A stretch of 64,000 nucleotides of DNA from Octopus sinensis (Eukaryota): NCBI RefSeq assembly GCF_006345805.1, contig NC_043020.1:6386001-6450000 (forward strand). The letters run 5' to 3'. The notes below the pieces were generated by a model that did not search any database, was not told where the DNA came from, and saw nothing but the letters and a program-made list of their open reading frames with translations. The translations under genes were made by a program, and so were the position numbers. Below, in pieces: positions 63,703 through 64,000 of the stretch (its first letter is position 1; the number at the start of each line of letters is the position of its first letter).

Positions 63703-63956
63703 GCAATATAGGAATTCACAGTTTACCGCTATCTGGTCCTTGTTTCTATACCAATGCTTATGAAATAAGCAAATTACAAAAACTTGACAGTAGCAATGGT
63801 AATGATAGCAGTTGCAGTCACAGCAAAGAAGAGCCAACAATTCAAAATGGCCATAGTCCAGATAACTCGAGAGAGCTTGCCATCAAATACAGAAATCTTT
63901 CCAAGTGTGATTTCAACATAAGATTTGCTAAATATGAAGATTTGCCACAAGGATAA
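63703..63956 (+). CDS. Possible terminal exon of an unidentified plus-strand gene (NIGIHSLPLSGPCFY...AKYEDLPQG*)
   Basis: Non-repetitive open frame of about 84 codons after ttgtgcttctgctacag|, ending in TAA with an adjacent AATAAA. No family recognised, and an ORF this long can arise by chance. Confidence 0.25.
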
Positions 63957-64000
63957 ATAAAAAAAGAAAGTAAAGTAAGAAATTATATGAGAAAAGGGGC

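Overview
Repeat-dense, AT-rich animal genomic DNA. The SINE families, microsatellite load and very long introns point to an octopod cephalopod (Octopus sp.); this is an inference. One protein-coding gene is supported, on the minus strand. Four exons (62319-62372/77, 47792-47850, 26137-26214, 21902-22868) splice in frame into an acidic, disordered N-terminus ending in PKMDWETLEQQLA, which resembles the PPMDWEALEKHLA motif of SCHIP1 (schwannomin-interacting protein 1). No downstream exons were recognised in 1-21900, so they presumably lie left of the window. The rest is intron filled with at least five tRNA-derived SINE families, LINE fragments (RTE, CR1/L2, R4/Dong), mariner, hAT- and piggyBac-type MITEs, Helitron-like elements, a 23-copy 69-bp minisatellite, a 976-bp tandem duplication and microsatellites. 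Almost all ORFs in the supplied track are microsatellite or SINE artefacts. The most interesting signal is a family of ~200-bp Penelope/retrozyme-like elements carrying minimal type I hammerhead ribozyme folds. Five or six copies are visible, all antisense to the host gene, and several share an unusual core variant.
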